Assembly: GCA_051362555.1 (NCBI GenBank)
Contig: CM120644.1
Span: 15,956,534-16,020,533, forward strand
From: Lingula anatina
Lineage: Eukaryota; Animalia; Brachiopoda
Direction of reading: 5' to 3'
Length of the DNA: 64,000 bases
Part shown: one piece after another, positions 62,495 to 64,000 of the stretch
How positions within the stretch are numbered: the stretch's first letter is position 1
Layout of the letters: each line of letters starts with the position of its first letter
Made by a program: the position numbers and the translations under genes
The notes under the pieces: model-generated
Database searches by the model: none
What the model saw: only the letters and a program-made list of their open reading frames with translations
Told to the model about the DNA's origin: nothing

Positions 62495-63150
62495 TACCTC
62501 TTGACATTCATATCCAATGGTGGCGACTCGTTTCCACCCATAGTGCTGTACAATGGCCAAATAAGCTTTTAGATAAGAACCCATGGTCGGAATGTTCCTC
62601 CAAAACGTACGATAGATGTCTCTCTTCGATAGCTTCAGACGTGCAGCACCATATGAGATCTGAAAACACCAAACTTGATTAAGAGAAGTTGTTTCCATAA
62701 ACGAAACAACAAATAGACAGCTTACTTAATATGTTAAATGTCACAGAACAATGGGGCAATTTTTTGTGGTGACAGAAGCCGGAGATCATGTTATCCAGCC
62801 CATCTAAGAAATCTGTTCTAAGAGCATAGAATAATTGCGGACCAACGAGTATGGTCGATATACTTGAAAGCTTACTTGGTAATCCCGGGAGGAATCCATT
62901 CAGTGTATATTAGGGGATTATTTGGCAAACGTTCAAGTAGGACGGCCATATTTGATCCGCGGATCTGTTAGTCAGCAGCTCAACTCGGATGTGAATGCGG
63001 CTTCGGACGTACCTGAATGAGATTGAAAAAGGGAGTCGTCTGAGCAGTGGCAACCGTGGATACACTGCACCCTCCACCTATCACCATTATCTTTTGGGGT
63101 GGACGTTGGATAGCTCTAACCAGAGCCGCGGCGGCAGCTCCATCATCACA
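45143..63150 (-). CDS. GABA-B-receptor-like class C GPCR, paralog C (exons 2-17; exon 1 lies beyond the window)
   Basis: Exons: 63013-63150, 62498-62659, 62112-62222, 61687-61752, 61265-61459, 60828-60971, 59493-59624, 59150-59213, 58778-58858, 57816-57966, 54954-55086, 47744-47854, 47046-47168, 46273-46439, 45800-45959, 45143-45595. Internal exon lengths are identical to A and B; introns and 3' flank align with paralog B. Confidence 0.92.
48001..48432 (-). repeat. 3' LTR of the BEL/Pao element (432 bp)
   Basis: Direct repeat of 54269-54700; preceded in element sense by a purine-rich tract. Confidence 0.96.
48433..48442 (-). promoter_or_regulatory. Polypurine tract of the BEL/Pao element
   Basis: AGGCGAGGAG immediately upstream of the 3' LTR TG in element sense. 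Confidence 0.75.
48587..54214 (-). CDS. BEL/Pao gag-pol polyprotein (1875 aa): Gag, Zn knuckle, aspartic protease, RT, RNase H, integrase
   Basis: Uninterrupted ORF. Motifs: CFGCCRKGHIQSSC knuckle; protease-position YAVHDDQS; RT ADIQQMF, VHVFGNTPSP, FYVDD; RNase H FSDAS, IPRLELCAA, TDS, NPAD; integrase HH-CC, GIDVFGP, SDRGTNF, GGAWERLI; C-terminal FWKRWRDGYL. Order PR-RT-RH-IN and the motifs are typical of BEL/Pao. Confidence 0.96.
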   Translation of the reverse strand: MSTGAEEPSSTVPDLGAELATSARSRSVSSTGTSSTIRKRAKAEAARARLKFAEQEVELKKRQAILEEQNVIRAAERNRQKAELEAELELLMERKSHAAAEAEAQVLEDEEIQLFPHRRRPESPGLPIESAVNRTAAFVERHSAATIHTQQSDTRQEQSVSAVTAPQFLEIARRPEPVPSAVTSTEVPQLPRVLPEQLNPNASEFTPATENGREMTGIMNYLLKKELLLTRLTTFQETPETYASWKESFVSMKKDLALSASEEVDLLIRWLGPTSRKHAISIKTANPSQPQKAVKEIWERLEERYGSPELIESVLRKKIDMFPKLTSKDTLKLYELLDLLSEIQAFKEDELCGLTLSYLDSAVGINPIVAKLTQDQQNKWTSHAVKYKENNRVHYPPFPEFVKFIKKLSQTKNNPCFQYDFTHNTSIKDRPKERNMITSRKTDVAQKEECPLHGTNHELRECRVFGQKSPNEQKCIMRKYGYCFGCCRKGHIQSSCGEKTFPSQTNFPVKGAPSGIPERRNNAERRNNVSTDEGIAPRANGGEVITKCTALCEEGFVGRSCAKNVLVRVFPKGRPEEAVAVYAVHDDQSNKSLGTPALFDQLQISGGLRSYSLSSCSGTTHISARHAVDLIVESYDGTQSFVLPEIIECDIPKNRSEIPTPDVAMQYEHLSSLSEKIPPLNPKAEIGLLIGRDLIEAHHVQDQLLGSKNHPFGQKLPLGWVIIGEVCLGKVHQPKRISAFKTNIMNDGRPTNFLPCPSAILLKEENQIGSDVFKITAQDDRVSLSTEDREFLDIMNESMQKDKDQWMAPLPFKHPRQRMPNNRSQVFGRAKSFDAALKKDERKLQHMVEFMENIFDTQAAEVAPELPPGKEVWYLPLFAIYHPRKPDKVRGVFDSSVKYEGYSLNENLLTGPNQTNSLLGVLLRFRKDRIAVTADIQQMFYSFLVNEEHRDFLRFFWYRDNDPKKEIIEYRMRVHVFGNTPSPAVATYGLRKAVEHADEDVKHFVTKNFYVDDALITGSDSESLTDLVKRTQKVLWENGRIWLHKIASNSPDLVNAFPTEDREKTLMNLDLFTEELPTQASLGISWNMDKDCFGFSLFIPERPFTKRGILSTINSIFDPLGFLSPVTVTGKMLAREMHVEAVGWDDPLPEHLYHQWESWKSSLFSLREFCVPRMITAVDFSLADSLEVWVFSDASERAISAVAYLKARRDTSTEVGFIMGKSKLSPPGGVTIPRLELCAAVLATELADTISEHLDLPMETFKYCTDSRVVLGYLYNRTRRFYTYVSNRVATILKRSKASQWQYIPSEKNPADCGTRCNTPVQDFSSSKWITGPDFLKDVVTATVGENCNFDLVDEDADCEIRPTINVKATVLLRSIAARFEKFSTWKSLVRAISLLKRFCRAWKEKKQMSPKDPSDTEATEIFLIKKAQEDAFREEISMVQKKASVPADSKLTTLSPVLDDQHILRVGGRLSNAPLEKGQKHPIIIPKKSHIANLLVNHYHSISHHQGRHVTESALRSKGFWIIGAKRLVSSILYKCVICRKLRGKFLNQRMADLPEDRVTPGPPFTSVGIDVFGPWPVVTRRTRGGQAESKRWALIFGCLVTRAVHIEVIEEMSSSSFINALRRFVAIRGPVKIIRSDRGTNFIGALDQIKATGIFVENGPVQESLHDMGIVWKFNPPHASHMGGAWERLIGLARRILDAMFLTSHTQKLTHEVLVTFMCEVSAVINSRPVAPISYDPEDPEIITPAMLLTQKKEPLPTPTTSTDMREIYQSQWKYVQILSNTFWKRWRDGYLQSLQKRGKWTALQKDLKIGDIVLLRDCELHRGSWPMGVVEDVFPSGCDSKVRTVEVRTVKDGKSVKYVRPICELILLIDSW
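54258..54268 (-). promoter_or_regulatory. Non-canonical primer-binding position (GTAAAAAAGGT) of the BEL/Pao element
   Basis: Directly follows the 5' LTR; lacks the TGG that pairs with tRNA CCA; complementary to LTR-internal sequence (see findings). Confidence 0.6.
54269..54700 (-). repeat. 5' LTR of the BEL/Pao element (432 bp)
   Basis: Element-sense TGTGTTG...GCAAGACA; direct repeat of 48001-48432; AATAAA about 60 nt before the LTR end. Confidence 0.96.
55725..56090 (+). pseudogene. THAP-domain exon, probably the first exon of a truncated DNA-transposon gene, antisense within intron 11 of paralog C
   Basis: MVKKCVAQNCSN..LHRFP..RRQWIRFV..VLCGAHF..CF..LKEDAVPTL is a complete C2CH THAP with AVPT box. 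It ends at the donor AGA|GTGAGT with no downstream exon visible. The region ~55298-56335 is absent from paralog B. Confidence 0.8.
57122..57465. mobile_element. Second, inverted copy of the TTAA MITE, in intron 11 of paralog C
   Basis: Reverse complement aligns with 20953-21288; absent at the homologous site of paralog B (~30975). Confidence 0.72.
58514..58663. mobile_element. 150-bp MITE with CAGGGCCGTAGCCT TIR and 5-bp TSD
   Basis: Perfect 14-bp TIR; GCACA duplicated; empty site in paralog B (~32035). Confidence 0.8.
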
Positions 63151-63164
63151 CTGAAATAAAGGTG

Positions 63165-63197
<33 letters not shown>

Positions 63198-64000
63198 AAA
63201 ATAGCCATCAAAAATAAATTAGTCACCAGTGGCCTTGTTGGCAGTCACCTTCTGGTGGAAACCCGTAGGACAAGTAAGTAAAACGTATAAACCAACCTAA
63301 ACCATTTATTCACAGATGTAAAGAATGCGTTTTAAAATAATAATCCATTAGCCATGAGGCGTATTCCCAATCAGGTGAACAAAAAGTCGGTTAAAGTTGC
63401 GTGAGTGCATTATTATCCTCAATTAATTTGTAAATGGATCCGGAGACAAACTCTACCGGGAGATGCGCCCTATGCTTTATCAATTAAGCACTGTTGACCG
63501 CAAAAAATGGATGAATGCTTTAAAAGTCAGCTCTTGTTGGTATGAGCAAAAAGACAGAACTACCTGTAACACACATTTTAAGAGACTTGGCTCGATTTTT
63601 CACATATTATAATTGGTAAATGGACCCCTCCCCCCCCCCCTTAAAAAAATAATAAATAAGCACGTCGCTTCATCGAACAGGGGGAAACTCTATTTCTTTG
63701 CCATCTATGCGCAATTTTGCGGAAAATACCATCGAATTGTCTTTGTCTATGCAGTGAGTAAACTTTCAGGGCAAATGCTAGCATGTTGACGCTGTCCTGC
63801 CCTGTACTAACTACCTGTACTAGCTAACCTTATCCCAAAGGGAATTGAGATCCTAAGGTGGCTAATTTGATAAACCAATTATCGTCACCAGTGGGATTTG
63901 AACAGTCACATCTATCAGCATGAAAACTGTCAAACATTGGCTTGCCGTCTCGTGGGAGGAGATAATTTGTTATGGGTCTTAATTATGTCGCCAGGGAAAC

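Overview
Intron-rich, AT-rich animal genomic DNA, probably a marine invertebrate; the species cannot be fixed from sequence alone. The window holds a minus-strand tandem array of three divergent GABA-B-receptor-like class C GPCR genes with the same 17-exon architecture. Gene A (4049-19889) and gene B (26536-41113) are complete; gene C (45143-63150) lacks exon 1, which lies beyond the window. B and C are recent duplicates. Gene C intron 12 carries an intact, very young BEL/Pao LTR retrotransposon (48001-54700; identical 432-bp LTRs, ACAGT TSD, single 1875-aa ORF). Other mobile DNA includes a Tc1-derived foldback element, a Penelope-like remnant with two minimal hammerhead ribozymes, a THAP-domain transposon fragment and many MITEs. 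The most unusual signal is in the BEL/Pao element. It has no tRNA-type PBS; the PBS position is instead complementary to its own LTR, and a perfect 11-nt complement arises only if a GT-AG intron inside the LTR is spliced out. This suggests splicing-assisted self-priming. All exon and repeat calls were made by eye.
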